A stretch of DNA of 17,719 bases from Candidatus Sigynarchaeum calidifontis (GTDB lineage Archaea > Asgardarchaeota > Lokiarchaeia > Sigyniarchaeales > Sigyniarchaeaceae). The stretch is taken from positions 1-17,719 of the forward strand of contig JAUQYZ020000251.1 in NCBI GenBank assembly GCA_030587475.2, read 5' to 3'. This document shows positions 1-10,313 of this stretch, piece by piece. Made by a program: the position numbers and the translations under genes. The stretch's first letter is position 1; each line of letters starts with the position of its first letter. The notes under the pieces are model-generated. The model worked only from the letters and a program-made list of their open reading frames with translations. It ran no database searches and had not been told where the DNA came from.

Positions 1-1
1 C

Positions 2-1294
2 CTCCGGGTAGGCGAACGTCTTGTGTTCTGAAATGTCAATACCAAACAACTCGGAATCCCTCTTCACGCGCAAGTGGCCCGTTTTCTTGATGATCCAGAA
101 CAGCAACAAGCCCGTGCCGAGCGCCCACGCCGCGATGGTCGTCGCTCCTAAGAATTGGATGCCGATATGGATGCCCCATTCACCTAATCCAAACCCATAA
201 AGCGGGTGTGCCCCCATTACCTTTGCGCCGAACAAGCCCGTGGCAATAGTTCCCCAATAGCCGCAAGCCGCGTGCACGGGAACGCACACCAATGCATCGT
301 CGATGTGCAGCACGTGATCCATGATGCCTTGGACAAGCGTGGTCAGGACCCCTGCAACGACGCCCGTGACGAATGCAAAGATCGGGTTCATGATCGCGGC
401 GCCGGAACAGATCGCGACGGCTCCTGCCAGGAGACCTACCATGGACGTGAGGGCATGTCCGCGGGACGTGATGGCCGCGCCGAACAAGCCGCCGGCCATC
501 GCCATCGCCGTTGTCACGGCGACCCATGCCAGTTCCACGTTGATGTTTTGGGCACTCGATGCGGTGCTCGAGCCGACGTTAAAACCGAACCAGCCAAAAA
601 CGAGGAGCCAGGCCCCGATCGTGGAGAGCGGTAAACTATGCCCGAAAAACGAGCGGGCATTCTTCTTTTTCCCGACAAATTTTCCTGCGCGCGGCCCGAT
701 CATGTACGCCCCCGAGAGAGCAAGCATTCCTCCGACCAGGTGCACGACCGTCGATCCCGCGTAATCGATAAAACCGATTTGCGCGAGCCAGCCGCCCCCC
801 CAGGTCCAGTGTTCTCCTACTGGATAGATGAAGCCGCTGATCACGGCGGCGGCCACGACCCAGCCCCACAAGTCATCGCGTTCTGCCATGGCCCCGGGGA
901 CGATCCCGAGCACGGTTATTGCAAACATCGACATCTTAAACCACAGCGTGAGATCCGCTAGCCCCGAGAGGCTCGCCGGGATGCCATATGCTCCCGTGCC
1001 CGACAATATGGGTGGCAAGGGATTCGGATAGGTGGGGATGATCGATGGCCACCCGATGAACGATTCTCTCGTGTAATAGGCTATCGGGAAGCCGATCAAG
1101 AAATACACGAGAAACGCGAGCGTCCACCCGATGTTCAATATGATGATCGTGTGGGCGACGTTTTTCTTGCGCACCATGCCCGCGTACAAGAGGGCAAACC
1201 CCGCCGTGGCCATGATAAGAATCGCCACGGGAGCCCAACCGACGAGGAAAATCTCTTGAAGCGCCGCGAAATAATCCTCTTCTGTTTGAAACAC
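2..1294 (-). CDS. amtB: Ammonium transporter (Amt/Mep/Rh family), 3' end runs off the window
   Basis: Manual translation from GTG at 1294: MFQTEEDYFAALQEIFLVGWAPVAILIMATAGFALLYAGMVRKKNV..., C-terminal LRVKRDSELFGIDISEH, both typical Amt motifs. AGGAGG upstream at 1306-1311. Absent from the ORF track because no stop lies inside the window. Confidence 0.93.
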   Translation of the reverse strand, partial: MFQTEEDYFAALQEIFLVGWAPVAILIMATAGFALLYAGMVRKKNVAHTIIILNIGWTLAFLVYFLIGFPIAYYTRESFIGWPSIIPTYPNPLPPILSGTGAYGIPASLSGLADLTLWFKMSMFAITVLGIVPGAMAERDDLWGWVVAAAVISGFIYPVGEHWTWGGGWLAQIGFIDYAGSTVVHLVGGMLALSGAYMIGPRAGKFVGKKKNARSFFGHSLPLSTIGAWLLVFGWFGFNVGSSTASSAQNINVELAWVAVTTAMAMAGGLFGAAITSRGHALTSMVGLLAGAVAICSGAAIMNPIFAFVTGVVAGVLTTLVQGIMDHVLHIDDALVCVPVHAACGYWGTIATGLFGAKVMGAHPLYGFGLGEWGIHIGIQFLGATTIAAWALGTGLLLFWIIKKTGHLRVKRDSELFGIDISEHKTFAYPE

Positions 1295-1310
1295 GAATGA
1301 CCACGCCTCC

Positions 1311-2093
1311 TCAGATCTTGCTCGCGAACCACACGGGCTTCAACGAGATCGGGATTTCCTCGACGTACAAGCCGCCTGCCTCGATGTTCAGTTTCAAGAT
1401 CTCCGGGTGGAGCGGGACGCTCCGGGATTTCCGCAAGATGAACACCCGCGTCCAGATGACGTCGTGTTTCGCATAGTCCAAGTATATCAAGTGATCCACG
1501 AGATATTCCGTGATACCTGGGTCCGCGGGTATTCCTTCCGCGCTGAAGAGCGACGTGGCGCCGGTTTTCTTGCATTCGAGGAGGATACGCATGAACACCT
1601 CGCGAAATTCCGTCGGGTCATCCAGGCGGCGCTCCAAGGAAGAAAGCGAATCGACGCAGATACGGGCAACGCCGGGCTGGGACTTGAACCCTTCGAGTAC
1701 CTTTTCGATGGCATCTGCCGTCTTTATGAGCGTCTGTTCCGAGGCGTATTGCTGGCCGATGGAAAGGTTCATGACCTTGATCTGTCCCGACTCTATGTAT
1801 TTCGGGAAGTTCTGCCACAATTGAGCACCCGTTCGTGCCACGGTCTCGGGCGTTTCCTCGGTCGTTATGTACAAGCACTTTTCACCCAGTTCGGCCCCCT
1901 TGTGCAGGAATTGCAGGCACAGGATGGTCTTGCCCGTGCCAGGTTCGCCTCGAACCAGGATTGCATCGCCCCGTGGCAATCCCGGAATGAAGTTCAACAA
2001 CCCGTCGATACCGGGGTCGATCCAATCGATTTTATATTTTTCATCAACTTCAAACTTGCGATCCGGTTGTTTCTTGGCCAATTTTACCACCAA
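1311..2093 (-). CDS. RAD55/KaiC-like RecA-superfamily ATPase (single domain)
   Basis: GIDGL..GLPRG, Walker A GEPGTGKT, 'LYITTEE', Walker B ICVDSL, 'EYLVD', 'KSR' motif. Exact start codon uncertain. Confidence 0.9.
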   Translation of the reverse strand: MVVKLAKKQPDRKFEVDEKYKIDWIDPGIDGLLNFIPGLPRGDAILVRGEPGTGKTILCLQFLHKGAELGEKCLYITTEETPETVARTGAQLWQNFPKYIESGQIKVMNLSIGQQYASEQTLIKTADAIEKVLEGFKSQPGVARICVDSLSSLERRLDDPTEFREVFMRILLECKKTGATSLFSAEGIPADPGITEYLVDHLIYLDYAKHDVIWTRVFILRKSRSVPLHPEILKLNIEAGGLYVEEIPISLKPVWFASKI

Positions 2094-2411
2094 TCTCGTG
2101 CTTTTGCTTTTTTATTTGGAAATGCTGTCGAAAAACCATCTTCCATTTCGATGCTTGGAGATCAAGATGTTATCGACTTCGAGATGATGATCACGAGATG
2201 GTGTTCTTGAAATTCTAGTTCATTAAGTGCAAGTTACATATAAAGTACATGTTAATTTGTTCAAGAAAAAAATGCAAAAATTGCACGATGCCTCATCCCA
2301 CATCAACATTATTAAAAGAAAATTCAGAACCAAAGAAAGTATAGCTTTTCTCGTTCAAAACTTAACCGATACCATCGTTCCAGCTTCATTTTTAATGAAC
2401 AGATCGAGGCA

Positions 2412-2768
2412 TCACTTTACGAAAGGAATGGTCTCCTTGGGGACTTGATCACCGGGCACGGAGCGGGGAATGCTTGTCTTGGACGGGTTGGCCATGACCG
2501 GCGCGTTGTCCTCGTCCTTGGGCGCGACACCGAGATTCATGACTAAATCCTTAATAGGGCCGATATTGCGCATGTAACCGGCCATCATGCGGAAGAACCA
2601 CCAGTACCGGCTGTTGCTCGTGTAGCGCTTGGCCTTGCCAAAGAAATAGCTCCCCCAGTAAGGCCCGACGTAGAATTCAGTATAAGCCCGGTGGACGAGA
2701 GCCGCGTGTTGTACGGAAGTACAACACGGAAGTAATATGGAGAAAGAAAGTGGAGAATGGCCTTTCAT
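2412..2768 (-). pseudogene. Remnant or mini-paralogue of the C-terminal ~95 aa of the adjacent radical SAM protein
   Basis: AALVHRAYTEFYVGPYWGSYFFGK...WWFFRMM...VPKETIPFVK aligns with AELVRKAYYDFYVGTYWGSYFFDK...WWFFKML...VPKKIVPIVE. Its ATG overlaps the upstream stop (ATGA). Confidence 0.75.
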
Positions 2769-4288
2769 TCCACGATCGGGACGATCTTCTTGGGAACTTG
2801 TTCTTCGGGAACGGTCATGGCGATCTTGGACGGCCTTGCCAACACGGTCTCGTTTTTCTCGACCTTGATGGGAGTGCTCAGATCCATGATGAGCTTTTGG
2901 ACAGGCTTGATGTTTTTCATAAATCCACCCAACATTTTAAAGAACCACCAGTTGCGGCGGTTAGTCACGTACCTTGGTAGCTTGTCGAAGAAATATGACC
3001 CCCAATACGTTCCGACGTAAAAATCATAGTAGGCTTTACGTACAAGCTCGGCAATCTGAATGCGCGTGAGTTCAGGAGTTCGCATTACAACCCTGGTAAA
3101 GTCATGATGAGTCCAGTCGTAGTCTTCTATCCAACCTTGCTTATTTGCCTCGTTCCAGAGTCCTGTTTTTGGCAGCGGGGTGAGCGAGGTGAATTGAGCG
3201 ATGTCCAGCTCGAGATCCCGCGCGTACTTGATCGTCTCGATCACGTCCTTGAACGTCTCGCCGAGGTAGCCGATGATGATGGCGCCGAACACGGCAACGC
3301 CGTAGTCGTGGCACATCTTGATGGCCTGCTTGACCGTGTCGACGGTCATCCGCTTGCCGATCCGGTCGAGGCTGCGCTGGTGGGCGCTCTCCACGCCGAT
3401 GAAGAGCATCTTGAAACCCGCATCGACCATGCGACCGAACACCTTCTTGTGCCGCATGAGGTCATCGGCACGGACTTGGGCCGAATACCATCGCTTATCG
3501 AGGCCGTGATCGATGATGAGGTCGCAGATCTCGCGCACGCGATCCATGTTGATCGTGAACTCGGAATCCTGGTATGCGACCCACTGCGATTTCTTCGACA
3601 ATTGCTGGATCTCCTCGATGACGCGCTTTGGCGATTTTTTTCGCCAGCCTGGCGTGTGTTCTTTCACGCAGCAAAAGTCACACTTGCCCACGCAGCCCCG
3701 GCTGCTCTCGAGAGCATCGATCGTCGCCCCGAAATACTCGTATCTCGTGTTGCCGATAAGCGACCGGTCGGGGAAGGGAAGCGTGTCGAGGTCCTTGATG
3801 AGAGGGCGTGGTTCGTTAACGACGAGCCTGCCGTCATCGCCCTTGTACGATATACCCTTGATGCCCTTGAGGTTCTGCGGCGTCCATGTACCTTGCTTGT
3901 CTAGTACGCCAACGACCTCTGGGAACGTGATCTCGCCTTCGTTTTGCACGGCAACATCGAACATTGGCTCGCTGGCGACCTCGGGCACGAGCGATGCATG
4001 GTACCCGCCAATAATGACGGGCTTGCCATATTCTTTCGCTATAGACGCGATCCACATGGCATTCTTGATCGAAGGCGTGTAGGACGAAATGGCGATGAGA
4101 TCGAATCGCTGGACGAGATGCCTGATGGTTTTTTCAGGGATATTTGGATTTACCTTCAAATCGAGCAATAATTTCTTGTGCTCGGGCACCGTGGGGGTCA
4201 AATACATCAAGGCGAGCGGTGGGGCTCGAAGGAACGAGTCCAAGCCCACGGATCCGGCGTTACCGGCGTTCACGTATAAAATTTTCAT
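2765..4288 (-). CDS. Cobalamin-binding radical SAM protein (class B methyltransferase/BchE-like)
   Basis: N-terminal B12-binding domain (PPLALMYL, IIGGYHAS, EGE), SRGCVGKCDFC CxxxCxxC motif, GVES and TPLPKT motifs. Confidence 0.92.
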   Translation of the reverse strand: MKILYVNAGNAGSVGLDSFLRAPPLALMYLTPTVPEHKKLLLDLKVNPNIPEKTIRHLVQRFDLIAISSYTPSIKNAMWIASIAKEYGKPVIIGGYHASLVPEVASEPMFDVAVQNEGEITFPEVVGVLDKQGTWTPQNLKGIKGISYKGDDGRLVVNEPRPLIKDLDTLPFPDRSLIGNTRYEYFGATIDALESSRGCVGKCDFCCVKEHTPGWRKKSPKRVIEEIQQLSKKSQWVAYQDSEFTINMDRVREICDLIIDHGLDKRWYSAQVRADDLMRHKKVFGRMVDAGFKMLFIGVESAHQRSLDRIGKRMTVDTVKQAIKMCHDYGVAVFGAIIIGYLGETFKDVIETIKYARDLELDIAQFTSLTPLPKTGLWNEANKQGWIEDYDWTHHDFTRVVMRTPELTRIQIAELVRKAYYDFYVGTYWGSYFFDKLPRYVTNRRNWWFFKMLGGFMKNIKPVQKLIMDLSTPIKVEKNETVLARPSKIAMTVPEEQVPKKIVPIVE

Positions 4289-4464
4289 GGTCCGTCAACT
4301 CTATACATCTGATGTTGTCAACTCTACATAGATAAACATTTTGCATCATAAAACTTCGACAACGTGCAATAATGCCGGGTTTGCCGTGGATCGGACCCGC
4401 GCGAGTCGATTCATCCATCCTCGTCCTTATCAATCGTGAAACAAGGAACATGGTTTAAAATGAT

Positions 4465-4644
4465 TCAGCATCGCCAGCACAAGATGGCTTGCAGTTCCTG
4501 GAACTTCTTAGCGAGGTCCCTACTGGCGGGTTCGTCCACCAGCGCCGCAGTGATGATGCGATATGCCTCCACGTACTCGCCACGCTGCTCCAGGTACTCC
4601 GCCTCGTGCAATGCCCGCCGCGCCGCGCTGCTGCCGTCAGCCAT
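4465..4644 (-). CDS. Small TPR-like hypothetical protein
   Basis: MADGSSAARRALHEAEYLEQRGEYVEAYRIITAALVDEP matches a single TPR pattern (A..L...G.Y.EA......AL...P). Confidence 0.5.
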   Translation of the reverse strand: MADGSSAARRALHEAEYLEQRGEYVEAYRIITAALVDEPASRDLAKKFQELQAILCWRC

Positions 4645-4818
4645 CCATCCGTCCACCAACATCGAGGTATTCTTGTCAATCGAGGTCTCGATAGCACAAA
4701 TTGGTGATGATTATTTCTTAAAAGCTCGATACACTTGCCATTCTACAAGCAAGATCGCTATCGAGACAGCACGCGATTCGCGCGGAAGTTTCATATGCGG
4801 CATTAAGTTCCCTCGCAT

Positions 4819-6306
4819 ATGCCCCTTGGTGTGCGTGAATATGTCGCGATCGTGCTCTTGCTCGTGATTTTCGTCGTCATGCTCTATACCATAGCGAAAG
4901 ACGTCATGGAGCGCGCCGCCGTCGTGCTCATCTGCGCGGTCGGTGCTTACCTCGTCGTCATTTGGGTGCTTGGCTTTCAGCCTGGCGTGGTCGTCGGGTA
5001 CTTGATGGGCACCGAAGATGATAGTTACGCGAACTTCCACGCGACCGCGCTAATCTTCGGCGTGATGGTCATCTCGACCGTTTGCTATCGCACGGGTTTT
5101 TTCCAATTCGTCGCCTTCCAGCTCATCAAGCTCACGAAAGGCAAGCCCGTGAGGGTGCTCTGGGTCGTTGCGCTCCTCACGTTCGCCGTCAGCTCGGTGC
5201 TCGCCGACTCGATAACGGCGATCATCATGATCCCGCTCACGGTCACCGTGTGCAAGACTCTCCGCTTGAATCCCTTGCCATACATCATCATCCAATCGTT
5301 TTGCATCAAGATCGGCGCGACCGTGCTCCCCATCTCCTCGATCCCCAGCCTCTTGATCGCTGCAGCCCAGGGCATTTCCTTCACCGAATACATCTTGTCC
5401 GCCGGGCTGATCTCGATCGGTTCCGTGTTCATCGCCATCCTTCTCTTCCAGCTGGTCTTCCATTTTCGCTTGTCGGAAAGCGAGTTCAACGAGGTCGACG
5501 TGCTCATGCAGTTTAACCCGTGGACGTTCGTCAAGGACAAGAAGATGATGCAAATCGCGGCCGGCACGTTCTTTACAGCAATCGCTTGCTTCATCGTGAT
5601 CCCGCCGGAAATCCTCAAGCCCGATGCCATCGCGATAGCCGCTGCAGCGTTTTTATTCATCGTGAACCACAACAACACGCGGCAGATCTTGAAAGAAATA
5701 GACTACTCGCTCCTTCTCTACTTGCTGGGCGTGTTCATCGTGACGGGCGGCTTGCAAGATGCTGGCTTGATCGATCTCATGGGGATGAGCTTGCAGAGCA
5801 TTGGTGTCAACAACACTGGCCTTGCTTTCCTCATGCTCTTCTGGATTGGAGCGGGTGCCAGCGCGTTCATCGATAACATCCCCATCACGCAGATCATGAT
5901 CCCGCTGATAAACGTTATGTTCGGAGCCCCTGGTACCCCGAGCGCCAAGCTTGGCGGTACAGGGCTCGCGCTCGGCACGATATGGGGCGACAACTTGAGC
6001 CCGTTCGGCGACACGATCCTCCCCCTCTCGATCGCCCGGAACAACAAGGTAGAGATCCAGCCGAAAGACTTCGCCAGGGTGAGCACTCCGCTGACCCTCA
6101 TGCTCTACACGGTCATTTCGATCGGCGTTCTCTTGCTCTTCGACCCGCTCGTCGGCGGCATCGTCCTCGTCTGCGCGGTGACGGGCATCTTGGTGCTGTA
6201 TTTCGTGTTGCGGTGGCGTAAAGGGGGAAGTATGGCAGTGGGCGAGGCACGTCCTGGTGGTCCTCCCAGGGAAAAGTTATCGCTGGTATCATCTCGCCGT
6301 CGATGA
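4819..6306 (+). CDS. ArsB/NhaD/SLC13-family ion transporter (P-protein-like permease)
   Basis: Many hydrophobic helices; motifs TGFFQ, SSVLADS, SAFIDNIP, LALGTIWGDNLSPFG. Confidence 0.88.
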   Translation: MPLGVREYVAIVLLLVIFVVMLYTIAKDVMERAAVVLICAVGAYLVVIWVLGFQPGVVVGYLMGTEDDSYANFHATALIFGVMVISTVCYRTGFFQFVAFQLIKLTKGKPVRVLWVVALLTFAVSSVLADSITAIIMIPLTVTVCKTLRLNPLPYIIIQSFCIKIGATVLPISSIPSLLIAAAQGISFTEYILSAGLISIGSVFIAILLFQLVFHFRLSESEFNEVDVLMQFNPWTFVKDKKMMQIAAGTFFTAIACFIVIPPEILKPDAIAIAAAAFLFIVNHNNTRQILKEIDYSLLLYLLGVFIVTGGLQDAGLIDLMGMSLQSIGVNNTGLAFLMLFWIGAGASAFIDNIPITQIMIPLINVMFGAPGTPSAKLGGTGLALGTIWGDNLSPFGDTILPLSIARNNKVEIQPKDFARVSTPLTLMLYTVISIGVLLLFDPLVGGIVLVCAVTGILVLYFVLRWRKGGSMAVGEARPGGPPREKLSLVSSRRR

Positions 6307-6534
6307 GGCTTGTCACGCCATCCATTTGGAAAACTCGTGGCCGAATTGCTGCACACGCTCGTCAGCGCTCTTGATCATCTCGCGATGTCGGATTTAACGT
6401 GGTAACTCGGTTTCATTATCGAGGTTCCATTGCAAGGAAATAGTCCTCCTCGTCGTGCCAAGGATCGATGAATGTTTTTCCATGGGTTAGCCATAAATTT
6501 CTGGTTTGCAATGTGTGAACGAGTGAATGCATCT

Positions 6535-8007
6535 ATGGACGCGAAGGAATACGAACAGAGTCTCAGGAAACTGCAGTTGAACGTGTACGTGCTCGGCAAG
6601 AAGGTGGATACCCCCGTCGACGACCCGATACTGCGGCCATCGATGCTCGCGGTAGCCCTCACCTACGATCTCGCCACCAAGCCCGAGTACCGCGACATCA
6701 TGACCGCGACGTCGCATATAACGGGAAAAACCATCAACCGGTTCACCCATATCCACCAGAGCATCGATGACCTGATCAAGAAAAGCAAGATGGGCAGGTT
6801 GCTCGGGTCGCTTACCGGTTGTTGCTTCCAACGCTGCGTCGGAATGGATGCGCTTAACGCGCTCTCGATCACGACCCACGCGATCGACCAGAAGTGTGGC
6901 ACGGGCTACTACAACCGCTTCTTGAAGTTCCTGGTTCACGTGCAGGACGATGATCTAACAGCTGACGGGGCCATGACCGACCCGAAGGGTGATCGGTCAC
7001 TGCCGCCCAGCAAGCAACCCGATCCAGACCAGTACCTCCACGTGGTCGAGGAGCGGAAGGATGGCATCGTGGTCAGGGGTGCCAAGGTGCACCAGACCGG
7101 CGCCGTGAATTCTCACGAGGTCATCGTGATGCCGACGGCCACGATGCGCGAAGCCGACAAGGATTATGCCATTTCGTTCGCCGTGCCCAGCGACACGAGG
7201 GGCATCACCTACATCATCGGCCGGCAATCGTGCGACACGCGCAAGCTGGAAGGCATGACGTTCGATCGTGGTAATGTATGCTACGGCGGCCACGAGGCCA
7301 TGATCATCTTCGACGACGTGTTCGTCCCGTGGGAGCGGGTTTTCATGTACAAGGAGCACGAGTTCACGACACAGCTCGTCGAGAACTTCGCGGCATATCA
7401 CAGGCAAAGCTACGCGTGCAAGGTCGGCGTGGGCGACGTGCTCATCGGCGCGACCCAGACGATCGCCGAGTACAATGGCGTGGACAAGGCATCGCACGTG
7501 AAAGACAAGATTATCGAAATGACGCATCTCAACGAGACACTCTATTGCGGCTGCATCGCGTGCGCAGCAGAGGGACACCGGGAGCCGAGTGGAACCTATC
7601 TCGTCGATTTGCTCCTGGCCAACGTGCACAAGCAAAACATCACGCGATTCCCCTACGAGATTGCCCGCCTGGCGCAAGACATCGCGGGCGGATTGCTCGT
7701 CACGCTGCCATCTGCCAAGGATTTCGAGTCCCCCGAGGTCGGCAAGTGGGTCGAGAAGTATACCAAGGCCAAGGATGGCATCCCGGCCGAGGATCGCTGC
7801 CGGATGCTGCGGCTCATCGAGAACATCACCATGGGCGCCGCGGCCGTCGGGTACCTCACCGAGTCCATGCACGGGGCCGGGTCGCCGCAGGCGCAACGAA
7901 TAATGATTGCCCGGCTCGCCGACGTGAAGAAAAAACAAGCGATTGCAAAGAAACTGTGCGGTATAGCGCCGGATGGCGAGGACAAGTCAGATAGACGGGA
8001 AAGGTAA
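6535..8007 (+). CDS. abfD: 4-hydroxybutyryl-CoA dehydratase / vinylacetyl-CoA isomerase (HpaB family)
   Basis: INRFTH, CFQRCVGMDALNAL, AMTDPKGDRS, HRQSYACK (Fe-S ligands), ESMHGAGSPQAQ. ATG 6535 chosen by family length. Confidence 0.92.
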   Translation: MDAKEYEQSLRKLQLNVYVLGKKVDTPVDDPILRPSMLAVALTYDLATKPEYRDIMTATSHITGKTINRFTHIHQSIDDLIKKSKMGRLLGSLTGCCFQRCVGMDALNALSITTHAIDQKCGTGYYNRFLKFLVHVQDDDLTADGAMTDPKGDRSLPPSKQPDPDQYLHVVEERKDGIVVRGAKVHQTGAVNSHEVIVMPTATMREADKDYAISFAVPSDTRGITYIIGRQSCDTRKLEGMTFDRGNVCYGGHEAMIIFDDVFVPWERVFMYKEHEFTTQLVENFAAYHRQSYACKVGVGDVLIGATQTIAEYNGVDKASHVKDKIIEMTHLNETLYCGCIACAAEGHREPSGTYLVDLLLANVHKQNITRFPYEIARLAQDIAGGLLVTLPSAKDFESPEVGKWVEKYTKAKDGIPAEDRCRMLRLIENITMGAAAVGYLTESMHGAGSPQAQRIMIARLADVKKKQAIAKKLCGIAPDGEDKSDRRER

Positions 8008-8012
8008 CGATT

Positions 8013-8417
8013 ATGGAAGGAAACGAGCATAAACTGCTATCGGGCGTGCCTGCCATCTTGTACACGGCTCTTTGGCACGCCCGGGAAGCCGGATTCTTGA
8101 AGACAATACTCGCGGAGCTGAAGATCAAGCGCACGTCGCTCTACGTGCATTTCGACGACTACCCGCCCGGCGGCATCATCACGGTCGACCCCGAGAAGGG
8201 CGATTACGAGGTCGTAGCAGTCGAGCCCGGGCAAGCAATCGATGCTAAATTCTATGATTGTGCCGTGATCGGGCTGCTGAAGCCCGCCGTCAAGCTCCTC
8301 GAGCATGACAAGAACCTGTTGCTCGGGATCATCGTGTTAGTCCTGCAGCGGAAGATCCGCATCAAGGGTTTCTTCAAGCTATTGAAGGCGGCCAAATTGA
8401 TATCGAGGTGCATCTAG
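8013..8417 (+). CDS. Hypothetical protein, SCP2 sterol-carrier-like
   Basis: In operon between abfD and the next gene; C-terminal 'LVLQRKIRIKG..KLL' resembles the SCP2 C-terminus. Confidence 0.6.
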   Translation: MEGNEHKLLSGVPAILYTALWHAREAGFLKTILAELKIKRTSLYVHFDDYPPGGIITVDPEKGDYEVVAVEPGQAIDAKFYDCAVIGLLKPAVKLLEHDKNLLLGIIVLVLQRKIRIKGFFKLLKAAKLISRCI

Positions 8418-9587
8418 ATGGTCGAGCACGACTCGTGGGATCTGGTCCGGGACGCGCTGGAATGCAAGGTGCCCGCGCGGGTGCCATCCGTGTGCATGGG
8501 CATCGATTACGAGTTCATGTACCGCCTCCACCACTCGCCGCTCGCCTTTACCTACGAGGAGTTCAAGGAAATGAAGAAAAGACACGTCTCGTGGATTCCA
8601 TGGCACGTGGGCGGCGCCATCAAGTTGGGGGCGAACTTATGCTGGAGCATGACGTCGATCTCCCGGATTTTCTGGCTCGATGGAGACCTTATCCCGGGGA
8701 TGGTTAAGGGGCCGGGAGAGCCGGCCATCCTGGAGTCGGGACGGTTCGCGATAGCGACCCGGCGGTCCGATTTCGAGCCTCCGGCTGGCGTGCCCAAGCG
8801 TCCCGTTCCCCATTACTGGCACGTCTCTGAATGCTTTCCATCGAGCGTCGCGAAGGATCGGATAGCCCGGTATTTCGAGAAACCACCCCGCGTCGACGTG
8901 AACGCGCTCAAGCGGTACGGCAAGCTGCGAGAAAACTGCGAGAAGTATTACAACCTCGTGGTCGCGGGCCAGGCCAGCGGTATCTGGGAGCCGCTATCCC
9001 TGGGGCTCGGTTTCGGGTTGGTGAGCCGGCTCTGGCGCAAGGACCGCGCGTTCCTCCGCGAGATTGCCGATTACTTTTATGAATCGAGTGCCAGGTGCTT
9101 GGACAAGCTGTTGAAGTTCGGGAAGCCGAAGGTCGTCATGCTCGGGGACGATTATGGCTATAACGAGGGCCTCCTCATGAGCAAGGAGATGTGGGACGTG
9201 CTGGTGAAGCCAGGGCTCGAGGCTCACGTGCAAGCTGTCCACGCGGCCGGCGTCAAGTTCATCCTCCACTCGTGCGGCAAGGTCGAGAGCTTGTTCAAGG
9301 ACTTCGTGGATATCGGCATCGATGGCGTCGACTCGCTCAGCCCCTTGAACAATGACTTGCCCGCCCTGAAGCGCAAATTCGGCGACAAGATTGCCCTCGT
9401 CGGCACGATCGACGACACGGCCATGCTGAAGCGCTCCACGCCGGCAGAGGTGAAGACAAGCGTCACGGCGAGCATCCGCGCGCTCGGCCCCGGCGGGTAC
9501 ATCCCCGGGGCGACCAATGCCTTGCTGGATCATCCCGTGGAGAACGTCGTGGCCATGTTCGATGCCATCAAGGGATTTAATAGATGA
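8418..9587 (+). CDS. Uroporphyrinogen decarboxylase / MtaA-CmuA methyltransferase family protein
   Basis: GDDYG, ILHSCG, IGIDG, KFGDKIALVGTID, GGYI motifs. Confidence 0.88.
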   Translation: MVEHDSWDLVRDALECKVPARVPSVCMGIDYEFMYRLHHSPLAFTYEEFKEMKKRHVSWIPWHVGGAIKLGANLCWSMTSISRIFWLDGDLIPGMVKGPGEPAILESGRFAIATRRSDFEPPAGVPKRPVPHYWHVSECFPSSVAKDRIARYFEKPPRVDVNALKRYGKLRENCEKYYNLVVAGQASGIWEPLSLGLGFGLVSRLWRKDRAFLREIADYFYESSARCLDKLLKFGKPKVVMLGDDYGYNEGLLMSKEMWDVLVKPGLEAHVQAVHAAGVKFILHSCGKVESLFKDFVDIGIDGVDSLSPLNNDLPALKRKFGDKIALVGTIDDTAMLKRSTPAEVKTSVTASIRALGPGGYIPGATNALLDHPVENVVAMFDAIKGFNR

Positions 9588-10079
9588 TTACACATTATCG
9601 ATATGCGAAAATCTCTCAAGCACCAAAAAAAAAAAAGGGATCGGGCATGTCGCGCATCAAAATTGAAGGGGAAACGAGCCATCCGACAGAAATCATCGCA
9701 CGGGACGTCGTGCACGCAGTGATCGGACGCCTTGCAGCGATCAAGGAAACCCTTCGATCGATGCCGACCTTGCCATGTTTCACGAAAAATACAAGCATTC
9801 AGATGAAGAATTCCTTTATTTGTTTAATAAAGGCGAACTCTTCGATGAAGATGATTTTTTCGCCTGAGAAGGCTCGTTAAAGATCGTGCGCGCCAACAAG
9901 CTGAAGCCACGGCTCAAGTTCTTGGTGAAGCCGTGACGATCTTGCCAGCCCGCCGAGGAAGTCGGTCGATTATCGTTTCGCTAAATTGCCACCCATTATC
10001 ATAAAACGGGTATCCAACTTTTTATATGTACATCCGGTTCGATATCATGAACATCCGAACAACATTCATGAGGTCTAGA

Positions 10080-10313
10080 ATGGCAAGGAGCAAGGTATCC
10101 GTGGTCAACCGGAAGGGCATGATCACGATCCCGGCGGATATGAGGGAAAGGTTCAATTTACATGAAGGATCACGGGTAATCGTCATGGAAATCGATGGCC
10201 ATCTCGAGATCGTTCCAATCGTCGACATAGAGAAATTTAGAGCGCATTCTTATGCCGAATACTCGAAATCCGAAGACGAAACACGAGCGCTCGACCTGGA
10301 GCTAGAAAAATGA
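10080..10313 (+). CDS. vapB: AbrB/MazE/SpoVT-family antitoxin (VapB)
   Basis: VNRKGMITIPADMRERFNLHEG swapped-hairpin motif; stop overlaps the start of the PIN gene; TTTATAT box near 10021. Confidence 0.88.
   Translation: MARSKVSVVNRKGMITIPADMRERFNLHEGSRVIVMEIDGHLEIVPIVDIEKFRAHSYAEYSKSEDETRALDLELEK

Noticed and set aside
9584-9880. 98-aa ORF after the UroD-family gene
   Set aside because: It spans a poly-A tract and has no family features; probably intergenic or decayed sequence.
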